Part shown: positions 20,072-28,873 of the stretch, in pieces
Layout: every line of letters starts with the position of its first letter
Position numbering within the stretch: the stretch's first letter is position 1
NCBI GenBank assembly: GCA_963768655.1
Contig: CAVYIM010000006.1
Location: 224,001 to 288,000 of the forward strand
Direction of reading: 5' to 3'
DNA: 64,000 bases
From: an uncultured Chloroflexia bacterium
GTDB taxonomy: Bacteria; Chloroflexota; Limnocylindria; Limnocylindrales; CSP1-4
Notes under the pieces: model-generated
Database searches by the model: none
Told to the model about the DNA's origin: nothing
What the model saw: the letters and a program-made list of their open reading frames with translations, nothing else
Made by a program: the position numbers and the translations under genes

Positions 20072-21465
20072 CCGATCCGGCTACACCTGCCGAGCAGCTC
20101 CAACCTGCCGAGCAGCTCCAACCTGCCGAGCAGATCCAACCTGCCGAGCAGCTCCAACCTGCCGATCAGATCCAACCTGCCGGCAAGCCACGCTTGCGCA
20201 GAGCCTTCGCAGGCGGTCGCAGGCGCGCCGCTCCCGCGCTGTCGCTCGTCGGCCTGCTCGTCGTCGGGCTGCTCACGGCTCAGCTGTACATGAACTGGAC
20301 GCCGACGCTCTCCACCACTTCGGACGAGGCAACGCCCACTCCCACGCCCGTTCCCGTTCCCGTGGCCAGCGGGCAGACCCCGACGCCTGCCCCGACGGGC
20401 ACGCTCGTCACCAATCCCGCGATCGCCGTTCCCGGCATGCTGGTGTACGCGAAGTCTGGTGTCCTGTGGATCCAGAGCGGGACGACGGCTCGCCAGCTCA
20501 CCAATTCGGTGAATGGCTCGCAGGCGTCTCAGCCGGCCTTCTCCCCGGACGGCCAGTGGATCTACTACGTCGACTCTCGGATCACGACGGGGCGGTGGTA
20601 TGACCCCGACGGCGGCGGAGCGATCACCGGCTACTCCCTCACCTACCCGGTTCTGTGCCGCATTCATCCGGACGGCACCGGCCGGAAGGACGTTCTCAAC
20701 TCACTGATCAAACAGGGATCCCTGAAGACTTTCTTCTGGATCATGGAGCCTACGATCTCCCCCAACGGGTCCACCGCGGCCATCGCGTCCGACGGGCCGA
20801 CCGTCCCGACCGCCCAGGACGTGCTGATCCACTACGTCAACCTGAACACGGGCAAGCTCGGACCCGCGCTGCCGCTCCAGGACAACCCGCTTCTTGGCCT
20901 CTCGGATCCGGCGTTCTCGCCCGATGGTGGGTCGCTCGCCTACACGATGGAGGGCGTCACCCACAACTACGGCTCGCCCAGCATCTGGATCTACCGCGGC
21001 GGCGTGGCGCACGAGCTGGCCAGCGGTTACCGCGCCGCGTCCTGGTCGCCCGACGGCAAGTACATCGCCGCCACCAAGGTCGTCGGAAACACTCTCAACG
21101 TCGCCGTTCTGGACGCGACTTCGGGCAAGCAGATAGCCCAGGTGACGACCGACGACGCGTCGTGGGCTCCGGTCTGGTCGCCGGACGGCAACGAGCTGGT
21201 CTACATGCATCTCACCGGCGCGGTCGTGGACCTGAACATGGTCTATATCTCGGGAACCGCTGGTGACTTCACATTCAAGATCGAACCTCACCTGACGGAC
21301 TACTCGGGCCTGGACGGGCAGTCGACGGCGGCGTGGTACATCCCGGGCTATGGACCCGCACCGAGCCCGACCCCCAGCACTGTGCCGAGCGGGTCTGCCG
21401 CGGCCATTCCTTCCGCTTCCGGCTCGCCGTTTGCGCCGGCGGCTTCCGCAACGTCTCAGGGATGA
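20068..21465 (+). CDS. Membrane-anchored TolB-like (PD40) beta-propeller protein
   Basis: Repeated PAFSPDG / SWSPDG / VWSPDG; single TM helix; Pro/Thr linkers. Confidence 0.85.
   Translation: MTDPATPAEQLQPAEQLQPAEQIQPAEQLQPADQIQPAGKPRLRRAFAGGRRRAAPALSLVGLLVVGLLTAQLYMNWTPTLSTTSDEATPTPTPVPVPVASGQTPTPAPTGTLVTNPAIAVPGMLVYAKSGVLWIQSGTTARQLTNSVNGSQASQPAFSPDGQWIYYVDSRITTGRWYDPDGGGAITGYSLTYPVLCRIHPDGTGRKDVLNSLIKQGSLKTFFWIMEPTISPNGSTAAIASDGPTVPTAQDVLIHYVNLNTGKLGPALPLQDNPLLGLSDPAFSPDGGSLAYTMEGVTHNYGSPSIWIYRGGVAHELASGYRAASWSPDGKYIAATKVVGNTLNVAVLDATSGKQIAQVTTDDASWAPVWSPDGNELVYMHLTGAVVDLNMVYISGTAGDFTFKIEPHLTDYSGLDGQSTAAWYIPGYGPAPSPTPSTVPSGSAAAIPSASGSPFAPAASATSQG
20085..20182 (+). repeat. 18-bp in-frame tandem repeat, about 5.4 copies (PAEQLQ)
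   Basis: ACCTGCCGAGCAGCTCCA units at 20085, 20103, 20121, 20139, 20157, plus a partial copy. Confidence 0.95.
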
Positions 21466-22328
21466 GCTCGTATCTGGGGCGCCTCGGGGCGCGCACCGGG
21501 TCCATCGGCTCCGTTCTGTGTTTGGGCGTAGATCCCGTTCCGGACGCCCTGCCGCCGGGCTTTGGCCGCGACCTCGCCGGCGTGGAACGCTTCTGCGAGG
21601 TGCTCCTCGATGCGGCCATGCCCTACGCCTCGGCCGTCAAGCCGAACCTCGCCTTCTTCGAGGCGTTCGGGTCGAGTGGGATCGCGGCCCTCGAGCGGCT
21701 GCGGGCCAGGGTGCCGGCCGAGGTCGTCTTCGTCGGCGATGCGAAGCGCGGCGACATCGGGACGACGGCCGCGCGCCAGGCCGCCGCGCTGTTCGACGTG
21801 CTGGGCTGCGACGCGGTCACGGTCAACCCGTACCTGGGATCGGAAGCGGTCGAGCCGCTCATCGGACGGGGCGACAGGTTTGCGTACATTCTTTGCCGGA
21901 CCTCGAATGCCGGCGCGGGCGAGCTGCAGTCGCTCGAAGTGGCGGCCGATCCAGGCCTCGGGGCGCCGGCGGAGCCGCTCTACGCCAGGGTGGCCCGTCG
22001 AGCGCGGAGATGGGGTCCGGGCGGGACTGTAGGGCTGGTCGTAGGCGCCACGGCGCCTGCCGAGCTCGAGAAGATCCGCGCCATCGCGCCCGAGCTGGCG
22101 CTGCTGGTGCCCGGCGTCGGGGCTCAGGGCGGCGAGGTGGACCCGGTCTTGCGTCATGGCCCCGCGGTGGCGCCGCCCGCCGGAGAGTGGCAGGGTGGGG
22201 GATTGCTGGTCAACGTGTCGCGCGGGATCGCCGGCGCGGCCTCCGGGCAGGACAGGTCGGTCGACGTGGCCGAGCGACTCGCGGCCGCCGCCGCCGAGTG
22301 GGCGGGCCGCCTCAGGGTCTCCGCGTAG
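21462..22328 (+). CDS. pyrF: Orotidine-5'-phosphate decarboxylase (subfamily 2)
   Basis: CLGVDP, KPNLAFFE, DAKRGDIG, RTSN, PGVGAQGG, NVSRGI. Confidence 0.95.
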   Translation: MSSYLGRLGARTGSIGSVLCLGVDPVPDALPPGFGRDLAGVERFCEVLLDAAMPYASAVKPNLAFFEAFGSSGIAALERLRARVPAEVVFVGDAKRGDIGTTAARQAAALFDVLGCDAVTVNPYLGSEAVEPLIGRGDRFAYILCRTSNAGAGELQSLEVAADPGLGAPAEPLYARVARRARRWGPGGTVGLVVGATAPAELEKIRAIAPELALLVPGVGAQGGEVDPVLRHGPAVAPPAGEWQGGGLLVNVSRGIAGAASGQDRSVDVAERLAAAAAEWAGRLRVSA

Positions 22329-22434
22329 CCCGCCACTCGGCCCCGCCGCTCGGCCCCGCGACTCGGCCGCCGCACGCTCCGGTGCGGGCGGGTCATGTGG
22401 CCGGCGGCCCGGCCGATCGCTATAGACTTAGGCA

Positions 22435-23688
22435 ATGCGCACCAAGGCGGATCTGGGCGGGAAGTCCGGCGAGTCTCCGGCGTCGGAGGCTCCGGCTGCC
22501 CCGAGCCCGGGCCGCAGGCCCGCAGTCAGACCCCGGCCGCGCCCCGAAGGTACGCCGGCCGCCGACCTGGGATTGGCGGAGAGCGCCAGCCAGGCCGCCG
22601 TCGCAGCCGGCAGGGCTCTCCACGAGGGTCAGGCCCGGCGCGCCGGCCACGCCGCCCCCAGCTCAGCCGGCCACCCCGCCGCCGACTCCGCCGGCCACGC
22701 CGCCCCCAGCTCCGCCGACTCCGCCGGCCACGCCGCCCCCAGCTCCGCCGGCCTCACGGCCGTTGGCCCGGACTCCTTTCCGCGCGAGGCGTCAGAGGGC
22801 CGATCTCGACGTGCCAGGGAGGTCGAGCAGCGGGTCGTGATCCTGAGCGGCCTGTCGGGCGCCGGCAAGACGTCGGCGACGAAGCTCTTCGAGGACCTGG
22901 GCTACACGTGCATGGACAATCTGCCCGGCGAGCTTCTGCCGGCACTCGCGGAGCTCGTCTCGGAGGATCGACAGCGTTTCGATCGCGTGGCGATCGTCCT
23001 GGACGTGCGCGCCGGAGACGCGCCGCTCGCCCTGGCCGCGATGCGCGGGGCTCTGGAGGGGCGCGGCATCAAGCCGCGCGTGGTCTTCCTCGAAGCCCGC
23101 GACGAGGTGCTGATCCGGCGTTTCTCCGAGACGCGGCATCGCCACCCGCTGGCCGGCCGGCGCGGCATCGCCGGCTCGATCGCCGAGGAGCGACGTCTCC
23201 TCGATCCAATTCGGGCCGAGTCGGACATCGTCGTCGACACCTCGGATCTGTCGCTCCGCCAGCTAAAGGAGCGCATCTTCGCCCATCTATCCGATAGCGC
23301 GTCCGACGAGGGGATCGTCTTTCAGCTGATCAGCTTCGGCTTCAAGTACGGCGTGCCGTTGGAGGCGGACCTCGTCTTCGACGTTCGGTTCATGGAGAAC
23401 CCGTACTACGTGGACGAGCTTCGACACCTGTCGGGCCTGACGCCGGCCGTGCGCGACTACGTCATGGGCCAGCCGATCGCCCAGCAGTTCTTCGACTTCC
23501 TGGCTCGTTTCCTGGATCTGACGGTCCCAGGCTTCAAGAGCGAGGGCAAGACACGCCTCACCGTGGCCATCGGTTGCACCGGCGGCTACCACCGCTCAAT
23601 CGTCATCGCCGAGCAGCTGCGAGGCTGGCTCGAGAAGCGTGGCTACGGCACCGTGGCGGTCTTCCATCGGGAGCTGGAGCGCGAATGA
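22435..23688 (+). CDS. rapZ: RapZ/YvcJ nucleotide-binding protein with long N-terminal extension
   Basis: GLSGAGKT, DNLP, SFGFKYG, DVRF.NPYY, GCTGGYHRS. Confidence 0.93.
   Translation: MRTKADLGGKSGESPASEAPAAPSPGRRPAVRPRPRPEGTPAADLGLAESASQAAVAAGRALHEGQARRAGHAAPSSAGHPAADSAGHAAPSSADSAGHAAPSSAGLTAVGPDSFPREASEGRSRRAREVEQRVVILSGLSGAGKTSATKLFEDLGYTCMDNLPGELLPALAELVSEDRQRFDRVAIVLDVRAGDAPLALAAMRGALEGRGIKPRVVFLEARDEVLIRRFSETRHRHPLAGRRGIAGSIAEERRLLDPIRAESDIVVDTSDLSLRQLKERIFAHLSDSASDEGIVFQLISFGFKYGVPLEADLVFDVRFMENPYYVDELRHLSGLTPAVRDYVMGQPIAQQFFDFLARFLDLTVPGFKSEGKTRLTVAIGCTGGYHRSIVIAEQLRGWLEKRGYGTVAVFHRELERE
22642..22753 (+). repeat. Imperfect 24-bp in-frame tandem repeat (AGHAAPSS / AGHPAADS)
   Basis: GCCGGCCACGCCGCCCCCAGCTC(A/C) at 22642, 22690, 22723 with variant or partial units between. 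Confidence 0.9.
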
Positions 23689-25043
23689 GGTTACCCCGCC
23701 TTCGGAACATTGCTTCCATCGTGAGACGGTGGATGAGGTTGGGGGTCGGGGTCAAGCGCTGGCTGTTGCTGGTCTTCGTCGGGGAGCTCGGCCTGGCCCT
23801 GGCGGGGGCGCTGTGGCTGCGTCAGGTCTATCGCGATTTCGTCGTGACCGGGCCGCCGCAGGCATTCCTCTCGGCCATCACACTGCAGTTCCTTCCCTAC
23901 GGGATTCGAGCCGTGATCGTCGGAGCCGCGGGTGTCGCCCTCTTCGCCTTCGGCGCCTGGCGGATGGTTCGCGTGCTGGTGACCCCGTTCGTGCCCGCCG
24001 AGGCGGATCAGCCCCTGGTCGACCTGATCTACCAGAAGCGTTTGCTGGCCCGCGGGCCGAGGATCGTCGTGCTTGGCGGCGGGACCGGCCTGTCCACGCT
24101 GCTGCGCGGTCTGAAGACACGCACGAGCAACATCACGGCGGTGGTCACGGTGGCGGACGACGGTGGGTCGTCCGGCCGGCTGCGCGAATCTCTCGGCATC
24201 CCCGCCGTCGGCGACATTCGAAACTGCATCGTCGCTCTGGCCGATGCCGAGCCGCTCATGGGCGAGCTGCTGCAATACCGCTTCCCGGGGGACGATGCCG
24301 ATGCGCTCGGCGGCCACACCATCGGCAATCTACTTCTGGCCGCGATGGCCTCGGTGCAGGGCGGCGATTTCGAAGAGGGCGTGCGTCAGATGAATAGGGT
24401 TCTGGCGGTCCGAGGGCAGGTCGTTCCGGCGACGGCGACGGCGGTCACGCTTCACGCCAGCCTGGTCGACGGTTCCGAAGTGGTGGGCCAGTCCGCGATC
24501 GCCAAATCGACCGGCATAGACCGAGTCTGGTTCACGCCGGAGGACGTGGTTGCGTGTGAGGACGCGCGCAAGGCGATCGGTGAGGCCGAGCTGATCGTCA
24601 TCGGGCCCGGGAGCCTCTACACGAGCATCCTCCCGAGCCTTCTTGTGCCGGGCATCATCGGCGCCGTCCGCGCCTCGCAGGCGCTCCGAATCTTCGTCTG
24701 CAACGTCGCCACCCAGCCCGGCGAAACGCAGGGCTACGATCTGGCGGACCACCTGGCAGCGGTCGAACGGCACACCAGCCCGGGGCTCCTCGACGTGGTC
24801 CTGGCGAACAATCAGTTCGGGGCCAGGCGGCCGGGCGCCTACTCGGCCGAACCGGTCCGGCTGCGCTGGCCCCCGGCATCCGTCTGGCCGCAGTCGAACA
24901 CGCCGCGCCTGGTGTTAGACGACGTCGTCGATCCGGACAACGCCCACCACCACGATCCGGCCCGACTGGCGGCCGCGATCATGAAGATCTACGAGCGCGA
25001 ATCTCTCGGGCGCCGCCGATTGCGACCTGCGCGGACGGCGTGA
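23685..25043 (+). CDS. yvcK: YvcK/GlmR/CuvA (CofD-like) UDP-GlcNAc-binding protein with N-terminal TM helices
   Basis: GGGTGL, DDGGSSGRLR, GDIRNC, GPGSLYTS, HDP. Confidence 0.92.
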   Translation: MRLPRLRNIASIVRRWMRLGVGVKRWLLLVFVGELGLALAGALWLRQVYRDFVVTGPPQAFLSAITLQFLPYGIRAVIVGAAGVALFAFGAWRMVRVLVTPFVPAEADQPLVDLIYQKRLLARGPRIVVLGGGTGLSTLLRGLKTRTSNITAVVTVADDGGSSGRLRESLGIPAVGDIRNCIVALADAEPLMGELLQYRFPGDDADALGGHTIGNLLLAAMASVQGGDFEEGVRQMNRVLAVRGQVVPATATAVTLHASLVDGSEVVGQSAIAKSTGIDRVWFTPEDVVACEDARKAIGEAELIVIGPGSLYTSILPSLLVPGIIGAVRASQALRIFVCNVATQPGETQGYDLADHLAAVERHTSPGLLDVVLANNQFGARRPGAYSAEPVRLRWPPASVWPQSNTPRLVLDDVVDPDNAHHHDPARLAAAIMKIYERESLGRRRLRPARTA

Positions 25044-25080
25044 TCGGGCCGGGTGGCGTAGTGACTCCGGGGGCGCTGGC

Positions 25081-25989
25081 TTGACCACGGCGGAGCGCGA
25101 TCTGGCGGAGGCTCTGCGGGCCGAGCTGGCGGCGATCGATCCGCCCCGGCGGTGCTGCCGCCAGGCCGAAACGATTGGCCTAGAGGGCGCCTTCGAACCT
25201 CGACGCCGGGCCATCGCCAGGCTCGAAGTACGCCTGCGGCGAGCCAGGGCCGAGGCCGCGGCCGACACGTCTCGCGGCGGAGTGGCCCCGCTTCCTGGCG
25301 GAGTCGCCGCGCTTTCTGGCGGAGTCGCCGCAGGCGACTCGCCCTTCGACTGGGCGAGGTCGGCGGAGCATTGCCGAGTCGCATATGTGAGGGGTCGCTT
25401 CCTGGCCCACGGATCGTTGAGCCTGGCCGGCGGGCGAACCCACCTGGAGTTCGTCGTGGGCGCCGATGAAGCCCAGCCGCTGGCGCGCCGCCTCGGCGAG
25501 ATGGGGCTCCCGGCTCACTGGCGGCTGCGCCGGGGTCGTGGCGTGGTCACGTGGAAGAGCGCGGAGACCGTGGGCACGTTCCTGCGCATGGTCGGCGGGG
25601 GAGCGGCGCTGCTCGAGCTGGAGGCCCGTCAGGTGTCACGTTCGGTGCGCGGCGACCTCAACCGCGTCATCAACGCCGAATCGGCCAACCTGCAGAGGGC
25701 TGTCGCGGCGGCCGCCCGCCAGCTGGAGGCGATCGACGCCGTCGAAGCCGACGGGCGGCTGGCCCGCCAGTCGAACCTGGTCCGCCTGGTGGCCGACATC
25801 CGGCGCGAGATCCCCGAGGCCACCTTCACGGAGCTGGCGGAGCGGCTGCAGATCCACCGCTCGGCCGTGCAGCGCGCCCTGGACCGCATCGAATTCCTGG
25901 CGCTTCACGCCGACGAGGGAGTGGGGCAGCGCTCGCGATCTCGCGGTGGGGCTGTGTCAGGCCGGCGCGGTCGCGGCGGGGCCGACTGA
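25081..25989 (+). CDS. whiA: WhiA DNA-binding protein
   Basis: CC..AE, YVRGRFLAHGS, HLEF, NRVINAESANL, C-terminal HTH; position after rapZ-yvcK. Confidence 0.88.
   Translation: MTTAERDLAEALRAELAAIDPPRRCCRQAETIGLEGAFEPRRRAIARLEVRLRRARAEAAADTSRGGVAPLPGGVAALSGGVAAGDSPFDWARSAEHCRVAYVRGRFLAHGSLSLAGGRTHLEFVVGADEAQPLARRLGEMGLPAHWRLRRGRGVVTWKSAETVGTFLRMVGGGAALLELEARQVSRSVRGDLNRVINAESANLQRAVAAAARQLEAIDAVEADGRLARQSNLVRLVADIRREIPEATFTELAERLQIHRSAVQRALDRIEFLALHADEGVGQRSRSRGGAVSGRRGRGGAD
25276..25332 (+). repeat. 21-bp in-frame tandem repeat, about 2.7 copies, within whiA
   Basis: GGCGGAGT(G/C)GCC(C/G)CGCTT(C/T)CT units encoding GGVAPLP/GGVAALS/GGVAA. Confidence 0.8.
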
Positions 25990-26072
25990 CACTCCCGCGG
26001 GGCCCGTCGGTCCAGGACCGATGGGCCGAGTGTCCCTCCGGCACATCGTCGCGCTCTGTCATCATTGCGGAC

Positions 26073-26873
26073 ATGAGACCCCTGATCATTGCCGCCAACT
26101 GGAAGATGAACACCACCCCCGCGGACGCTGGAGAGCTGGCCGCGACAATCGCCGCCCGCACCGAGGAGCCGGGCGTCATTCGAGTCATCTGCCCACCCTA
26201 CGTATGCCTGGCCGCGGTTCGGGACGCGCTGGCCGGCAAGAACGTCGCCGTCGGCGCCCAGAACGTGCATCACGAACAGGGCGGCGCCTACACCGGCGAG
26301 ATCTCCGCCTCGATGCTGGCCGGGCTGGCCACGTGGGTCATCATCGGTCACTCCGAGCGACGCCGCGACGAATTCGAGAGCGACGAGCTTATCGGCAAGA
26401 AGCTGGCCCGCGCCATCAGCGCCGGACTGCGGCCGATCCTGTGCGTCGGCGAGCTTCTCGCCGAGCGCGAGGCCGGCCGCGCGGTCGAGGTCGTGGCCAC
26501 TCAGCTGCGTGGCGCCCTGGCGGGCAAGGACGTCGAGGCGCTCATGGCCGCTGGCTTCGTCATCGCCTATGAGCCCGTGTGGGCCATCGGTACCGGCCGC
26601 ACGGCCTCCAGCGCGGATGCCGCGGCCATGGCGGAGGCCATCCGTTCGACCCTCGCCGCCGACCTCGGTTGGGGCAGGTTGGCGGAGGAGGTGCCGGTCC
26701 TGTACGGCGGCAGCGTCACCAGCGCGAACATCGGCGAGTTCCTGGCCGAGCACTCCATCGACGGCGCTCTGGTCGGCGGCGCGTCTCTCAAGCCCGACGA
26801 GATGGCCGGGATGGTGGCACGCGCCGCGATGACCGCGAAGGCTCGCTCCCGCGCCGAAGGGGAGCCGGCATGA
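26073..26873 (+). CDS. tpiA: Triosephosphate isomerase
   Basis: NWKMN, GHSERR, AYEPVWAIGTG, LYGGSV, LVGGASL. Confidence 0.98.
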   Translation: MRPLIIAANWKMNTTPADAGELAATIAARTEEPGVIRVICPPYVCLAAVRDALAGKNVAVGAQNVHHEQGGAYTGEISASMLAGLATWVIIGHSERRRDEFESDELIGKKLARAISAGLRPILCVGELLAEREAGRAVEVVATQLRGALAGKDVEALMAAGFVIAYEPVWAIGTGRTASSADAAAMAEAIRSTLAADLGWGRLAEEVPVLYGGSVTSANIGEFLAEHSIDGALVGGASLKPDEMAGMVARAAMTAKARSRAEGEPA

Positions 26874-28477
26874 GCGCACCGAGCACCGGCAGCGGCGCCG
26901 CTGCGAAGCGCCCGCGGCCGATCGTTCTGGTAGTCCTGGACGGCTTCGGCATCGGCCACGATCCCGCCGTCGATGCCATCGCCCAGGCCCACATGCCCAA
27001 CTGGATCGAATTCCTGGAGCGTTGGCCGCATTGTTCCCTGGAGGCGTCCGAGGAGTTCGTCGGCCTGCCCGAGGGCCAGATGGGCAACTCCGAGGTCGGC
27101 CACCTCAACCTGGGCACCGGCCAGCCGGTCCTGCAGGATCTGCCTCGAATCGACAAAGCGATCTCCAAGGGCGGCTTCTTCAGCCGGCCCGTCCTGCTGG
27201 AGCTGTGCGCCCGGGCGAAGGAAGACGATCACACGCTGCACCTGATAAGCCTGGTCGGTCCCGGCGGCGTCCATGCCAACGACCGTCATCTGGTCGCCGT
27301 TGTCGAGCTCGCCGCCCGGCAGGGCGTCAAGCGGGTCCGCGTCCATGGGCTCCTCGACGGACGCGACACTCCGCCACGATCCGCCATCGAGTTCGTGCCG
27401 GACCTGGAGCGGCGCCTGGCGGCGGTTCACCCGAACGCGAAGATCGCCACGATCGGCGGCCGCTACTACGCCATGGACCGCGACAAGCGCTGGGAGCGAA
27501 CGAAGAAGGGCTACGACGCCATCGTGCATGGCGTGGCCGACTTCCATGCCCCTTCGGCCGTCGCCGCCGTGGAGGCGGGCTACGCGCGGGGTGAGAACGA
27601 CGAGTTCATCGTTCCCACGGTGATCGACGGCGTCGACCACGGCACGATCGCCGGCGGCGACGCGGTGCTCCACTGCAACTTCCGGGCCGATCGCGCCCGC
27701 CAGCTGTCCCACGCTCTCGCCGACCCCGACTTCAGCGCCTTCGACCGAAATGCGGCCGGGCCGGCGCCGAAGGGAATCCTCTACGCCACGATGACCGCCT
27801 ACGAGGCCGATCTGCCGGTGCAGGTCGTCTTCGGCCCGGAGGTCGTGCCTTCGCTCGCCGAAGCCGTCTCCAAAGCCGGCTGGACCCAGTTCCACGTCGC
27901 CGAGACGGAGAAGTACGCTCACGTGACCTACTTCTTCAATGGTGGCCGGGAGGCGCCGTGGCCGGGCGAGGATCGTCTGCTCGTGCCGAGCCTCAAGATC
28001 GCGACCTACGACCTGCAGCCGAGCATGGCCGCGGCCGGCGTGTGCGACGCGCTCGTGGCCGCCATTCAGTCGGGCAAGTACGACCTGATCGTGGCCAATT
28101 TCGCGAATCCGGACATGGTCGGTCACACGGGAGTGTGGGCAGCGACTATCAAGGCCTGCGAGACCGTGGACACGTGCCTTGGTCGCGTCGCCGACGCGGT
28201 CCTGGCTGTGGACGCGGACGATCCCGCTGCACCCGGCGCGGTCATGTTCATCACCGCGGACCACGGCAACGCCGACGAGATGAAGGACGAGGCCGGCAAC
28301 CCGGTCACCAAGCATTCCCTCAACCCCGTCCCGTTCCTGGGGATCGGCCGGTACATGCAGAGCCGGCGCCTGCGGGACGGGCGACTCGCCGACGTTACGC
28401 CGACGATCCTGGAGATCGGCGGCTTGAAGCCTTGGCCCGAGGTCACGGGCCATTCCCTGCTCGCGCCCAGGGACTGA
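26870..28477 (+). CDS. gpmI: 2,3-bisphosphoglycerate-independent phosphoglycerate mutase
   Basis: VLDGFG, QMGNSEVGH, DGRDT, GRYYAMDRD, ETEKYAHVTYF, ADHGN. Confidence 0.98.
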   Translation: MSAPSTGSGAAAKRPRPIVLVVLDGFGIGHDPAVDAIAQAHMPNWIEFLERWPHCSLEASEEFVGLPEGQMGNSEVGHLNLGTGQPVLQDLPRIDKAISKGGFFSRPVLLELCARAKEDDHTLHLISLVGPGGVHANDRHLVAVVELAARQGVKRVRVHGLLDGRDTPPRSAIEFVPDLERRLAAVHPNAKIATIGGRYYAMDRDKRWERTKKGYDAIVHGVADFHAPSAVAAVEAGYARGENDEFIVPTVIDGVDHGTIAGGDAVLHCNFRADRARQLSHALADPDFSAFDRNAAGPAPKGILYATMTAYEADLPVQVVFGPEVVPSLAEAVSKAGWTQFHVAETEKYAHVTYFFNGGREAPWPGEDRLLVPSLKIATYDLQPSMAAAGVCDALVAAIQSGKYDLIVANFANPDMVGHTGVWAATIKACETVDTCLGRVADAVLAVDADDPAAPGAVMFITADHGNADEMKDEAGNPVTKHSLNPVPFLGIGRYMQSRRLRDGRLADVTPTILEIGGLKPWPEVTGHSLLAPRD

Positions 28478-28605
28478 CACGGCCCCCATCGCACGACGCG
28501 GCCTCCCCAGCTCGCGGCTGGGGCTCACGGCCGGGAGGCCGCGCTGGTGTGCTACCATGCGCCGGTCCGAAGTCAGGCGACGACAGATAGAGGTTGTAGC
28601 TAACC

Positions 28606-28827
28606 GTGAACCCACCCCTGGCCCTAGGCCAAGACCTGGTCGGCATCATGCTGATGCTCGCCATCCTGTTCCAGGCGCGCGGCTCCGGGCTGTCCGCCAC
28701 CTTCGGCGGCGACTCCTCCGTCTACCGCAGCCGGCGCGGCGTCGAGCGTCGCCTGTGGCAGTTCACGATCCTGCTGGCGATCATCTTCTGCGTCTTCTCC
28801 GAGGCGAGCTTCGTCCTGCCGCACTGA
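28606..28827 (+). CDS. secG: Preprotein translocase subunit SecG
   Basis: Two TM helices with ILFQARGSGLSATFGG..RRGVE loop; typical position after tpiA-gpmI. Confidence 0.9.
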   Translation: MNPPLALGQDLVGIMLMLAILFQARGSGLSATFGGDSSVYRSRRGVERRLWQFTILLAIIFCVFSEASFVLPH

Positions 28828-28873
28828 CCCGGCCCGAGCCCGTCTGGGTCAGGCGAAGGACAGTCCCGACCCC

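Noticed and set aside
20085-20182. Short direct repeats as a CRISPR array (also 22642-22753)
   Set aside because: Contiguous in-frame units with no unique spacers and no cas genes
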